Shown here in pieces: positions 42,230 to 55,921 of a stretch of DNA of 64,000 bases (its first letter is position 1; each line of letters opens with the position of its first letter). The stretch covers positions 26,598,001 through 26,662,000 of the forward strand of contig OZ024756.1 of the NCBI GenBank assembly GCA_964016885.1, read 5' to 3'. The position numbers and the translations under genes are program-made. This stretch comes from Eledone cirrhosa. Lineage: Eukaryota. The notes below the pieces were generated by a model. That model was given only the letters and a program-made list of their open reading frames with translations, searched no databases and had not been told where the DNA came from.

Positions 42230-43448
42230 TTCAAAACATGAAGGCAGGGCCTAGAAAGAAAGGGTCTTAAAGGGTCTTTGACAAAGACAAAGGTCCTAGT
42301 AAGTAGAAGAGAAAGCAGAGACCAGATCCCTTCAAGGAAATGGCCTTGTTCAGTTTGTAGGAAAGGTATAGGTAGAAATTCTATCCTCTGTCGCAAATGC
42401 AAACTATGGGTACACAAGAGATGTAGTGGGATCTCAGGAAGTTTAGCTAAGAATGTAAGCTTTACATATAGCAGTTGCACCGGGACAGTAAGCAGCAAAC
42501 GACCACAGGAAACAAGCGCCATCAAAGTCTGGGAGGGCTCGACAGAAAGAGTAGACAGCTTCTGCTACCTGAGTGACCGAATTAGCAGCGGAGGTGGGTG
42601 TTCTGAAGGTGCAGTAGCCAGAGTAAGAACAGGTTGGAAGAATTTCAGGGAGCTACTACTGGATACAAAAGACTTTTCCCTCAGAATGAAAGGCAGACTG
42701 TATGATGCGTGCATACGAACATCAATGTTGCATGGTAGTGAGACCTGGGCGCTGTGTGCAGAAGACTTGCGTAGATTGGAAAGAAATGAAGCTTGCATGC
42801 TCCGATGGATGTGTAATAATACGTGAACGGCAAAGCATAAACGAACCGAGAGAGAAACTAGACATAAGAAGGAATCAAATATTGTGTGCAAGAGAGGAAA
42901 TTGCATTGGCATAGACATACGATGCGTATTAAGGATGACAGCTGCATAAAAAGGTGCAGAGCACTCAAAGTTCATGGAAGCCTTGGAGTGAGGAGACCCA
43001 GGAAGGCTTGGGATGAAGTGATAAAAGCCGACCTTTCCCAATTGCACTTCTGAAAGGTGATGACACAGGGCCGACATCTCTGGCATTATGCGGTAATACA
43101 GAAGACCCGACTTCCCGCGGGAACAGGCCAAGCTGAAGCATATAAACAGTATGCATCACCCCATCCCACCCTCTCATGAGGAGAGGCCGAAACACAGTAA
43201 AGTAGTCGTGATAGTGACACAGTAAAAAGCACCCAGCTCACATTGTAAAGTGGTCGAGTAGGTATCACGACAAAAAGCACCCAGTACTCACTGTAAATGA
43301 GGTTGACTTTAGGAAGGGCATCCGGCTATAGAAACCAAGCGAAAATCAGTTCTGTATAAACAAGACATGGACACCTGACCTAACAATAGAACAACTCGTC
43401 TCACCCATGCCAGCGTGGAGAAATGGACCTAAAACGATGATGATGATG
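42230..43448 (+). mobile_element. RTE LINE 3' portion with Cys-rich insertion
   Basis: KTKVL..WPCSVCRKGIGRNSILCRKCKLWVHKRCSG..DSFCYLSD..LHGSETW, with frameshifts, a 3'UTR and (GAT)n. Confidence 0.85.
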
Positions 43449-44394
43449 ACACATATACATACATACACACACACACATTATATATATATGTGTGTGTGTA
43501 GTAATGTTGGGCGTCTGAATTACATTCCCAGCATACCTGTTAAGGGCCTTTCCTCAATTGCAATTAAAAGATCAGCAGAGTAAAACTGGAGAGTTTGTTG
43601 TTTTGTTTTCCCGTAGTATAAAGGCCAGCAGAGGGGTGTAGTCGTGTGTGTGTGTGTGTGTGTGTACAGTTGTACATGGTCTTCTCAAAACGAAGAATAA
43701 TGTTTAAAATGTACTGACGATGCTCAAATTATAATAATAAAAATTATCAATATTGTTATTTAGTTGCAATACAAACATTATTGTTTAGAGTTCAAATAGC
43801 ACCATTCACACACTATTATCATTATTATTGTTTGCAGAACCGAGAGAGAGAAGGAGGTGGGGGTAAGATAACGCCGGCCAAAATATTTTATACTTAAAGT
43901 GTTTTATTTACTTCTGAGTTCAAATCCCCCCCAGCCCCGAGGACGATTTTGCCGGTCACCGATCCGAGGTCGATAAAATAAAGTATCAGTTAAATAATGA
44001 GGCGAATGCAATGGACTAGTTATCGCTTAGCCATCAAAAAAAAAAAAAGTTAAGGTGTGACCTCCTGACTAAGTTAAAAATAACCACTATCATCGTTATC
44101 GTTGAGTTCAAACCCTGTCGGGGTCAACTTTCTCTTTCGTTCTTCTAGGGATCGATAAAATTAAGGACCAATCGTGCACAGCGGTCAATATAATCGACTT
44201 TTCCATTCTCCTCCCCTACAAAACAATTACTGATTCTGGGTTTAAAGTAGAAATCATTATTATGGTAAGCACCTACACAATATTAAACATGCTTCTTCTT
44301 AAAGGCCGAATGTGTTTGTGTAACAGTCTTAACATGTCGGTAATGAAGATGAAAGAAAAAAGAACAAAGAAAGAAAGAAATTATCTCTCCTTAC

Positions 44395-44513
44395 GTGTCA
44401 TACATGACGGGAATGACTAAATGTCGTACAACGGCATAATCAGCATAGAGAAGAGCTCCATAAGTTATAAGTAAACACACAATACCACACGGGTCTGAAC
44501 GAAATACTGCCAT
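44395..44513 (-). CDS. ZDHHC3: ZDHHC3/7-like palmitoyltransferase, first coding exon
   Basis: AAGATGG Kozak-like start. Encodes MAVFRSDPCGIVCLLITYGALLYADYAVVRHLVIPVMYD(T). Donor AC|gtaagg (phase 2) joins the 27046 acceptor in frame. The D.CG..C motif is typical of the ZDHHC3/7 N-terminus. An upstream in-frame ATG at 44603 is possible. Confidence 0.85.
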
Positions 44514-44619
44514 CTTGGCTCCTACATTTCTTCTCGGCAGAAATATTTGAGGTCGGTGTTGATTGGTTGAAAGTATTTCAACTCTTGCCACTCCCATCAT
44601 CATAACAATACCACCACAA

Positions 44620-44716
44620 TCACCATCTTAACAACGCTACCGTCACCACCACCGCCTCCGTCGCCACAACCACTACTACCACCACCGTAACAACACCAGC
44701 GCCTCCGTCGTCACAA

Positions 44717-44747
<31 letters not shown>

Positions 44748-44935
44748 AACAACACCAGCGCCTCCGTCGTCACAACCACTACCACCACCACCACCACCAC
44801 CACCACCACCGTAACAACAACACCGCCTCCGTCGCCACGACCACTACCACCACCACTAACAACACCACCGCCACCGTCGCCAACACCACTACAACCACCG
44901 CCTCTGTCGCCACCACGACAACTACCACCACCATA
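44620..44935. repeat. (CAC/GTG)n-rich trinucleotide tract upstream of the ZDHHC start
   Basis: Nested ACC/GCC repeats. Confidence 0.85.
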
Positions 44936-45035
44936 TACCAGCACTAACCAGCTGAAAAGCTTCTTGAATTATATATAAGTACGACACCAACATCACCAGC
45001 ATCTTTTTAACAACTAGTTGTATGTATTATATGTA

Positions 45036-45081
<46 letters not shown>

Positions 45082-45551
45082 AGGGGGGGGGGGTGAGTGT
45101 GTATGTGCGCGCGTGTCTGTATATATATATATATATGTGTGTAAATGAAGTAATTCCGTCGGAAAAGTCCAGGAAAAAAGAGTGCTCTATGTAGGTAACA
45201 GAGCTTAATAGTTATGTAATAAACAACATAAGGCAATTATTTCATTTATATATAAGTAGAAGGGATATTTAATTTGTTGGAAATCCAACAAATATAAATG
45301 TTTATAACTGATTCAGAGCACTCGACATTTAATATCATTGTATATATATATATATATATTGAACTACTGAACGTGTAATGATTTCGAGGGGTTGTCCAGG
45401 GAGATGGGACTGTCCGTTTTCTGTTGTCTTTGTCTTGCATACACACATACATACATGTGGGTGTGTGTGATTGTTTCGCTGGGGTATGTATTATTTACTT
45501 TAGTGCGTAAATAAGATGGGGGGAGAAGGAAGTAAAGAGATTAGAGCCCAT

Positions 45552-45585
45552 CCGTTGCTAAGGGTGTGGCCGACCGTTGCTAGGC
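45552..45585. promoter_or_regulatory. Paired RFX/X-box-like half sites upstream of ZDHHC
   Basis: CCGTTGCTAAGG and CCGTTGCTAGGC in tandem, ~1 kb upstream of the start and next to (GA)n. Confidence 0.35.
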
Positions 45586-45601
45586 TCTAAACATGTGCGG
45601 A

Positions 45602-45671
<70 letters not shown>

Positions 45672-45859
45672 TAGGAGGGAGAAAGGGGGAGTGATCTCGA
45701 ATCGTCTGCTTCTTACCAGTTTTTTATACGTCAGAAAACAACACCATCAGTACATATTTTACAGTGAATGTTGGCTTGTGGTCAACACTTAAAAGTATTG
45801 CCTCACCTCATACACACGTGTGTGTGTGTATATATCCATACATATATATATATTAACAG

Positions 45860-45999
45860 CATTATAGGCCCCTGGGCAAAGCAGTTCACTGGGGCCCCTA
45901 CCTACACAATCACTCACAGGAATAAAAATACAAATGGGCCCTATCCTCGTGGAGCCCCCGGGTAACTGCCCAGCGTGCCCATGCGTTAAGATGGCCCTG
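45860..45999. mobile_element. hAT-like MITE fragment
   Basis: Ends TTAAGATGGCCCTG (a CAGGGCC-type TIR) with GGGGCCCC subterminal motifs. The left end is missing. Confidence 0.45.
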
Positions 46000-46008
46000 T
46001 ATATATAT

Positions 46009-46043
<35 letters not shown>

Positions 46044-46115
46044 GATATATAGATATATTAATTTAAAACTGCACTATCCACAAGTGTTTTTTAGCCTTCA
46101 TATCATGTCCTCCTG

Positions 46116-46182
46116 TTTTATCTGATGAAAACACAAATATTATTGCATGATGATGTTTGTTTTTGAAATGCGCATAATAAAA
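46116..46182 (+). ncRNA. Type I hammerhead ribozyme
   Basis: UUUUAU-CUGAUGA-AAACACAAAUAUUAU..GAUGUUUGUUUUU-GAAA UGCGCA UA-AUAAAA. 6-bp stem I, palindromic AUGCGCAU, overlapping AAUAAA. Confidence 0.8.
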
Positions 46183-46214
46183 TACATGGAACTCCTTTAA
46201 CCATCTTTTGTTCT

Positions 46215-46247
<33 letters not shown>

Positions 46248-46248
46248 G

Positions 46249-46433
46249 GAAAAGAGTCAGGACCCCGACGGCTGAGCTCCGACCGTTTCGACACCTTTCG
46301 AATCTAGCTGTCGAAACGGCCGGAGCTCAGCCGTCGGGGTCCTGACTCTTTTCCTATTACCCACTCTACTACCCTCAGTATCGAGTACTCTGGTGCGTTA
46401 TGGTGCACCTGGCTTCTTACCACACTTTTTTTG

Positions 46434-46437
<4 letters not shown>
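46249..46437 (+). mobile_element. Fold-back palindromic element (17247 family)
   Basis: Same arms and tail, between (TA)n tracts. The right arm contains GAAACGGC-CGGAGCTCA-GCCGTC. Confidence 0.75.
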
Positions 46438-46488
<51 letters not shown>

Positions 46489-47359
46489 ACACACAGTTAG
46501 AACCAAGCAGTGGAAAATCACAGAGGAGCCTACAGTTGCCATGTGTGTGCCAGAGGGTGCAAGTATTTGAGTGGTTTAAGGACCCACTTCCGTGCCTCAC
46601 AGTGTTTTATTAGGCGATGGCAATGCTCAAACACGAGTTTGCGGCCATCATATATATATATTACATATTATAAGGCATGGGCTGTATTCGTATTCTCGCA
46701 CACGTTTGCATATATGTATGCCTATAAACACACACACACACACACACATATGATATATAGTTGTAAGGTTGCAATAAATGCGACCGTAAGCGGTATGCCG
46801 TTAGAGCACTCGATGCTCACGCGGAGCAGAGTATATTAATCCCGCCGAGGTTAACTTTGCCTTTCATCCTTACGGGGTCGATAAAATAAAGTACCAGTAA
46901 TACACTGGAATAATTGCTGGCCTTGTGCCAAAAGTAGAAACAATTATTATAGATAACGAGGAATCGGTGATGCATTAAAACACAATTTATTAATATATTA
47001 CATATGTTTCTCCGACGACCGGCTCAAGGCAGGATCTATTATAGATCGAACCCGACTCTGCACTCGCAACGTCCTATATATATCTATATATATCTATATA
47101 TCAAGTAAAGCAACGGAGTAAAGGACTCGCATTTGTCCCTGTAATTTAATGAGCTCAAAGGAAACAAATTCCTGGGTACTTCAAAATACAATATAAAGAG
47201 GAAAAAACACAGCGTGAAAAACATATAAACTACGAAAGGTTTGGGAAATACATTATAATTAAAAGGATAAATTAAAATGAAATAACTAAATCATACATGT
47301 ACAGACTCGCTAGGAGAATGTTTCACCATAAATTAGTGAGGAAACCACTTCAGCCTATG

Positions 47360-48115
47360 GATCGTCCGCATGGGGAGACCGCGAAGACTCGTGATGAGGT
47401 AATGACACAGGACCGAGATCTCTGGTGTTATGCAGTAATACAAAAGAACCACCTTCCCATAGGCACAAGCTGAAGCATATATATAGTATGTACCACCACC
47501 TCCAGCCCATCCTTCCATAGATCACACATGAGGACAGGTTGCAGCACACATCTGGTGAAGCCGCCAATCTACACTGAAAAGTAGTTGTGATAGCGGCCCG
47601 ACAAAAAGCGCCCTGCCCACACTGTAAAGTGGTGATGATGGTGACACGACAAAAAACACCCATCCAACGCTATAAAGTGGTTGTGTAGGTGACACGACAA
47701 AAAGCACCCATCCCACGCTATAAAGTGGTTGTGTAGGTGACACGACAAAAAGCACCCATCCCACGCTATGAAGTGGTTGTGTAGGTGACACGACAAAAAG
47801 CACCCATCCCACGCTATGAAGTGGTTGTGTAGGTGACACGCAAAAATCACCCATCCCACGCTGTAAAGTGGTCGTCTAGGTGTCATGACAAAAGGCACCC
47901 AGTACTCACTGTAAAGTGGTCGTCTAGGTGTCAATACAAAAGGCACCCAGTACTCACTGTAAATGAGGTTGGCGTTAGGAAGGGCATCCAGCTGTAGAAA
48001 CCAAGCCTAAATCAGTTCCGTAAGAGCAAGACATGGTCACCTGACCTAACATTGTCCACAACTCGTCTAACCCATGCCAGTGTGGAAAAATGGACGTAAA
48101 ACGATGATGATGACG
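47360..48115 (+). mobile_element. RTE 3' end with 44-bp repeat array
   Basis: About 9 tandem 44-bp units and a (GAT)n tail. Confidence 0.75.
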
Positions 48116-48540
48116 ACACATATACATATATATATAAATTATTACATATATACGTACAAACATACATACATATATACATACATATGTATGTGTAAAAATA
48201 CACACACTCACATATGTATGTATTGCTATACATGTATAAATGTGTGTGTAAGTTATCCCTACCTACTTCCTGTTCCTCATTGTTTCTTATCAGAGATTAA
48301 CAGATGTGAATTTTGAAATTATTTCCTGTTGTTAAGTCTCTGGATGTTTACACACACACATATGCATACATACATACAAACACATACATACATACAAACA
48401 CACACATATATATATATATTCTAATACTTCGTTTTCAGTAACCACACAGCCTACCTCTTTACCTGTAATTTTGTATTTACTGCTATGACCTCTCTGCCTG
48501 CCCTGCTCGATTTGTCTTTAGGATCGACTCCCTCCTTTTT

Positions 48541-48656
<116 letters not shown>

Positions 48657-48699
48657 AGGAGGTTATAGTTCACTTGAAGCATTGTGTAATGAGGTATAA

Positions 48700-48887
48700 A
48701 CGTTTGAATATGTGTAATAAGGCGAAGACAATGCAGGTATGGACATAGAAAAAAGAATGCAATAGTGAAAGATATTGATGTAAAATTCGTCTTTCACCTT
48801 GAATTTTACATCAATATCTTTCACTATTGCATTCTTTTTTCTATGTCCATACCTGCATTGTCTTGGCCTTATTACACATATTCAAAC

Positions 48888-48889
<2 letters not shown>
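48700..48889. repeat. 89-bp inverted repeat with 12-nt loop
   Basis: 48700-48788 versus 48801-48889, one mismatch, between (TA)n tracts. Confidence 0.9.
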
Positions 48890-48957
<68 letters not shown>

Positions 48958-49103
48958 TTATTTCTGAAGACGGCATATATATGTGTTGGTATGTATATTT
49001 AATTTTGATAGTTTGTATAATTTTGTATAATTTTGTACATAGATCTGTTGAATATGCATGCCAATTCTAACACATATATATCCTAGAAACGATCGTTAAA
49101 TAA
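48958..49103 (+). ncRNA. Type I hammerhead motif with ~115-nt stem II domain
   Basis: UUAUUU-CUGAAGA-cGGcAUAUAUAUGUGUUGG...CUAACACAUAUAUAUCCua-GAAAC GAUC GUU-AAAUAA. Palindromic ACGAUCGU; the base of stem II is imperfect. Confidence 0.65.
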
Positions 49104-49301
49104 TGAACTTTTTTTGTTTAATATAAGGAACTGTTTCATTGTTTTATTCATTATTTTTTTAATATTTTATCTTGACTCTGTATTCCGTTTATCTTTCACC
49201 GAAAGTGATATTTCATTGCATCTCTTCTTTCCATGATATCCGGATTACATTGAGTTCTTCATACGGATTGGACACTACCGTAAACTCTTGGTAGATTTAT
49301 C

Positions 49302-49359
<58 letters not shown>

Positions 49360-49652
49360 TTGGGACACAGGACACTGGCACGTGTATGTAAAGTAACCGA
49401 AGAGAAAGTGGAACCACTCTCAAAAGCGTGAACCTAATAAACTCATATTTGTACTGCCTCTCTGTTTTTGTTCCTGTCTAAGATTTAACTATATATATAT
49501 ATATATAGTGATGTGAGAAAAACCACAGACCCTCTATCTTAACTCTACTTTTGAAAAGCAGAAGAACTGCGAAACCGGTAAAGGAACCAAATAAATATAT
49601 ATATATTTTTTAAAAATAAGACTCCAGTTGCATTTTCGATTTCATCTTTTTT

Positions 49653-49686
<34 letters not shown>

Positions 49687-50153
49687 ATTTGGTTGTTTCC
49701 GGCCTGGTCACACGTGTCGGAAAATCCTTTTGGATTAACTCCCTATCCCTTCTGCCTCTTGCTCACCTCCCTCACTTCCGGTTCTTCCGTCTTTCTCTCT
49801 CTCTCTCTACCCTCACTTTATAGTACCCATCGGCGTACTATAACTTATTCCACTTTCTCTTCGGTTAATTTACATACATGTGCCATTGTCCTGTGTCCCA
49901 ACTCATTTCGGTATGTTTACTTCGTCTTTTCCTCTTTTCCTTTTCCTCTCTTTTCACTATCACTTCTTTCCCTCGTGGCCTTTTGATGGATAACAGGCCA
50001 TGGGCGCGCTACAGATCGATGTTCTGTTTCAAGCGCCGAAACATCTATGATCTGTAGTAAACAGCTGAAGGGATACTTTTCGTCTCTTGTTTACGTCCCG
50101 TTTACCTTCTAACCCTTCGTTTTCAGTAACCACAGAGCCTAACTCTTCACCTG

Positions 50154-50202
<49 letters not shown>

Positions 50203-50207
<5 letters not shown>

Positions 50208-52174
50208 CGAAGGGTATTAGTAGTGGTTGTTAGATGAAATAACAAGAACAGCTGATATACTTTATATATAAAAAGGTTTACTTCACTTCAGTCAAAAATA
50301 ACAAACAAGTTACCACGAGTCGCAAAGGTTGACGATGTTATTTTGTTGTTGGTTCATGAGGCTGGTGTAGTCTAAGGCCAGGACAGAGAGAGTAATGGTC
50401 TATGGTTGTCTGTAGACCTCGGCGGCCTATAGGTAGCGGTGAATATTTCACATAGCTATTCTATAGCGTAATGCTCCGATCTCTCTGTGTGTTAGACGTG
50501 GGATGATACAGGCTTTTTATACTTGTCTCTTTCTGTCTCCCGCCTCGAGGGATCGCCTATGCATGCATTTGTTTACGCCGAAAAGGATGGTGACCTAGAA
50601 TTTGACTTTTAGGTGTCACCCAGGGTTCAAGGCGTGGACAGATCTCGCTACATTAGTTCCCTACCCATATCGATGCAGGAGCAGTGATCGACTACAAAAG
50701 GGTAACAAAATCTGATTCCAGAAGCGTGTCCCAAAACACACAAAATATGAGTACTGCGCCCGTATTTCGAGTGCAGAGAAATTTGGAGAGAGAAAAAAAA
50801 ATATCGTATAACTGTGTGCATGTGTGTGTGTAACATTTAGAATCAACTGTAAATATACAGAGTTGTGATCATGTATTTTGAACTGTTGTGTATGGATGAC
50901 TGAACGTTTGGGGTTGCGGTATCGGATTATGATATGATAATACAAAGGACTATTTCTCTCGATGTATTATTATACGTAAGATGCTTTTCCAGTGAGTCGA
51001 GGTTTACGCTATGACATGAGTGTGTGCAATTTTGAGTTGCGTGACTGATTGAGTCCAGGCGAGTAGTCCCAGCGTGGGTGCGTTTTATGTGTTTTATAGC
51101 TGTTGCCGTACCTCGACCAGATGAAAAGTGATCTCGCAGAATCCCAACCAAATGAAGAACATACATTACAGATAACAAATAAAATGATGTGTGTTTGATG
51201 CAAAACGTGTATGTGCATACAGGCATATAATACAGTTAAAAAAAAAAAAATGAATGTTCATATATAACCTGTAAAAAAAAATATTTATATAATTGTTCTT
51301 TACAAAAAGTTCAGTTTTTCTCTTTATGTGATCGTTTTCTTGATAGGAAGCTAGTAGTATTATCTGTTGGAGATTACGAAGCACGTGGTGAAGTGTTTGG
51401 TAATGAATCGAAACATCAAAGCGAAGTCACTGTAAATATTCCGTAGAATCGAAGTTTGGTGAATAATTTGAAGTGAAGTTTTATCATATCATACCATATA
51501 GATGAGAAGCTTGGCAATTATAGATTGCTGAGAAAGTTGTTGATGTTGGCAATGGAAGCCATGTGAAGAAAGGTTGCGTGTTGTTTTCTTTTTTTAAAAT
51601 ACGACTTCGTATTTTATTTTTTTTTTTAGAGGAACCTTTCGTTCCCATCACTTCGGGGTCATCAATGTAACGAAGGGTATTTAATTTTTTTTTTAGAGGA
51701 ATCTATTCGTTCCCATCACTTCGGGGTCACCAATGTAACGAAGGGTATTAGTAGTGGTTGTTAGATGAAATAACAAGAATAGCTGATTTACTTTATATAT
51801 GAAAAGGTTTACTTCACTTCAGTTAAAAATAAGTTACCACGAGTCGCAAAGGTTGGCGATGTTATTTTGTTGTTGGTTCATGAGGCTGGTGTAGTCTGAG
51901 ACCAAGAGAGGGAGAGAGAGAGTAATGGTCTGTGGTTGTCTGTAGACCTCAGCGGCCTGTAGGTAGCGGTGAATATTTCACATAACTATTCTATAGCGTA
52001 ATGCTCTGATCTCTCTGTGTGTTAGACGTGGGATGATACAGGCTTTTTATACCTGTCTCTTTCTGTCTCCCGCCTCGAGGGATCGCCTATGGATGAATTT
52101 GTTTACGCCGAAAAGAATGGTGACCTAGAATTTGACTTTTAGGTGTCACCCAGGGTTCAAGGCGTGGACAGATC

Positions 52175-52182
<8 letters not shown>
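50203..52182 (-). mobile_element. Non-autonomous LTR retrotransposon (two ~450-bp LTRs, non-coding interior)
   Basis: Direct repeats 50203-50652 and 51734-52182 with TGT..ACA inner ends. PBS at 51715-51732 (plus strand ATCACTTCGGGGTCACCA, similar to a tRNA-Trp 3' end). Purine tract GGGTAGGGAA on the minus strand next to the 3' LTR. TATAAAA in the LTR. Confidence 0.85.
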
Positions 52183-52229
<47 letters not shown>

Positions 52230-52512
52230 CAGATTAAAGTTTAGGCCTTGGGTGCGCCGTTCATCGCTTTTAGATGTCCTGTATTAAGCGCCGAAACATC
52301 TTGATCTCGGTTTTACAGCTGGTGAAGGATTTCTTTTCTTCTCTTGTTTCGTCCATACTACCATCTTAAACTTTGTTTTCAGTAACTACACAGCTCCTTT
52401 CGTTTCTTATAATTTTGTATTCACCTCTGAGACCCCCCCCCCCCTCTACCTGTTTTGCTCGATCTGTGGTCCCACCACACTTTCATATCGACTCTCCCTT
52501 CTCTCACTTCCA

Positions 52513-52564
<52 letters not shown>

Positions 52565-52684
52565 TGCTCGTTTTCGACATGCTTCACCCATGTAAAACTC
52601 CTCTGGTTTCGATCGTTTACGACGTGTTTTACAACTGTCGTAAAACTCTCTCGGATTATCTCCCTCTCACTTCCGATTGCTCCG

Positions 52685-52719
<35 letters not shown>

Positions 52720-53103
52720 GAGATTCCACGGTAACACTAGGCTCCTGGAATCGCACCCTCAGACATAAGTCTAATCGGTACGCTATAATTTATTCTATTC
52801 TGTTTTTTCCTCGATTACTCACTTGCATGTTCCATTGTCCTTCCTCCCCCACTCAGCCACCATTTGGTCTGTTTACCTGATTTTTTTTCTCTTTCTTCTT
52901 CTCTCTCTCTCCTCACTACTTTCCCCGTTTTGGTCGATAAAAGATCTTGGGCGTGCCGCTGATCGCTTTTAGATGTCCTGTATTGAGCGCCGAAACAACT
53001 CCATCTCGGTTTTACAGCTGATGAAGGATTTCTTTTCTTCTCTTGTTTCATCCATACTACCATCTTAACTTTGTTTACAGTAACCACACAGATCCTTTCG
53101 TTT

Positions 53104-53301
<198 letters not shown>

Positions 53302-55189
53302 TGTGTGTGTAACTGTCAGTGACATTATATATCAGTCATTTATCACCAAAACAAGAACAAAGAGTAAGATCTAGGGGATTCTTCCTATCAGCTGTATACA
53401 TATATTTATTAGCAGTAAACAAATTATATACAACATTGATTTAAACATACACCCTGTCCTGCATTATCAGACAACCCAAGAGAAGATAACTACAAGTACA
53501 ATTCTTTTACGAAACTACGGCTGATAATTCAGTCTTATATTAAAGCACTGTGTACGTTAATTAATAGATAACTTTCATCTCTTAAAATTATTTCAATGAT
53601 TAGTGAGAAAGACACAGTAAGTTTATCTGATGTTAAATATAATATTTTAGTATTTCTGCTGCAAACATCTCTACTGTAACAACAACCTACAGTATATATT
53701 AGCGGTAAGTTGTTATTTACATTCAATTTTAATCTCTAATCGAACATGTCTTAATGTTTCTCTCACTTGTAATTGCTACAATTTATTTAAGTATTCACTG
53801 TTGTATAAAAAAGAAATATAATAATACAATGCTTACAGAACGAAAGCACAATGTTCTCGTTGTCAGCTAAGTATCATTTCAACGAAATTAGTTGCTAGTC
53901 GGTCTTCGTATATTTAGGCCATCCACAATCCGTTTACAGCATATTTCTGTAAATTTATAAATAAACACACCCTCGGATTTTAAATATGCTATCAGCTAGA
54001 TGATCGCAATTGTCTTTTTTCCAGGAAAACGAAGGGGCTGTAGTGGGTCACCCCAGATAACACCCCTCCACCTCAATCTATGTTTTGACCATATTTCTAT
54101 CTCTGTGTGTATACATATATCACCCCTGGTAGTTCTGCAAGCGTACTGGCTTGCCTCAAAATATTCAGTTGGCCTTTGTGTAGCATCCGATTGTCGCACT
54201 TGGTGGTGAATTGATGGTTGTTTCTGACGTTATTCCATTATTTTTTTCTTTCTTTTTCATTTCCTGAGTACAAATGGTGTCTAATCTCCTTCTAGCTATT
54301 AGATATTACTCTCTGTTTTCCAGGCTTGTGTTTTTTTAAGTCCTTGTCTTCTCTATCAATTCACCCCACATTGCTTTCCCTTTTACTGGGATCTTGTTCT
54401 AGCCGCTGACATAGTCTATGACTTTCAGTAGGTCGTGACATACAAATTATTTCTCCTATCTAAAATTTATCATTCACACATCACACCATATATTTACACC
54501 ATATATCTATAATGCTGAATATGTTTATTTCTGTCACAATCATATGCCTCATGAATATGTTAATAAAGACAATACACCATCATACCACCAACGTCACACA
54601 ACCACTACACCACATCGTCATGTAACCACAATCATCACACCTTTCTCCCTAACAACACACCACAAAACTATCAATGCCATTACTATACCTCTATCACAAT
54701 TATCAATGCCACCATACTACCAACACCACCACCTCCACCACTACATCAAGACAGCAGTGTCAGTATATTTCTACAATGTCTGTATTCTTTCTCCATCAGA
54801 GTGTTTCATTATTTCTCCTATCTAAAATCTATCATCCACACATCACATCATATATTTACACCATATATCTATAATGTTGTTGTCTTTCCTCTAGATACTT
54901 TTCTGATCTTTCTTTCTTAATCTAACATTCAATATATCTAATTAAGATATCCCCACTTTAATAACTTTTATGTTAACTGTTCATTGTCCTTTCAACCTTA
55001 TATATTTTTGTCTGTTTCAGGTTTTGTATATATCAAGTAACTTCGCTGATTTTGAGACCAGAAGAGTGACATTATCAAGATCTTAAAAAATTGTTCTCTA
55101 TAACCTTGATTAAGTTGGTGTAAATTTTAAATTGAGGTTATAGAAAGATAATACTTCTGTGATATTAAAGTGGAAATATTTTGTGACAG

Positions 55190-55920
55190 AAATCGCCAGA
55201 CAAATTACAAATATACTCACACTGTTGATAGACCATACTATAGTGATCTCTGTGGGAAAACATTCTTTGAAAGTATTGGATTAAATAGACGCATCAACTT
55301 ACATAGTGGTGAGAAACAATACCACTGTAATATTTGTAGAAAATAATTTCCTAAAAGTATTGCATTAACTACACACTGGTGAAAAACACATAAAAAACCA
55401 TACCGCTTTGATATCTGTGGTGAAACCTCAAAATGGTCATTTAACAAATAATGTATGTATACATGCAGGTGAGAGACCATACCACTATGATATCTGTGTC
55501 AAAGTATTCTCTGTACGACTGAGTTTGATCATTGATAAACATCAGTTAGGGAAGAAAGCATATCGACTACTCATAATGGATTAACTAAACACATACACAC
55601 AAGTGAGACAACATACCATTGTGTATCTATAGAAAATAATTGTCTAGCTGTACTTAATTAACTATACACATATGTAGCCACACAGATGACAAAACAATGC
55701 CATTGTTATATCTGTGGTATGTCATTCTCTGCCACTGCTAATTCAACTAGATAAAACATGCTCACATAGGAAAATAACCATACCATTGTGAAATCTGGCA
55801 AAATATTTTCTGATTAAATCTACACAAATGTGTGCACACTGGCGAGGATCCATGCCACTGTGATAAATGTTGTAAAACATTTGTTGAGAGTAATAGTTTA
55901 ACAAGACCTAACTGCATTCA
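55190..55920 (+). pseudogene. Decayed C2H2 finger repeats upstream of ZNF unit 1
   Basis: 84-bp-periodic ccataccactgtgatatctgtgg-like remnants with stops and frameshifts, downstream of the acceptor tttcag at 55020. Confidence 0.7.
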
Positions 55921-55921
55921 G

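Noticed and set aside
44951-45717. Possible 5'UTR intron of ZDHHC (acceptor ttttcag at 44952, donor gtaaga at 45716)
   Set aside because: Splice-like words alone are insufficient without transcript evidence.
49548-49584. Hammerhead-shaped motif (stem II GCAG/CTGC, GAAACCGGTA); similar relics at 15516-15550(+) and 24321-24358(-)
   Set aside because: The core or stem I is disrupted (UUGAAAA, missing GAAA, or unpaired stem I). Probably dead relics, so not called as features.
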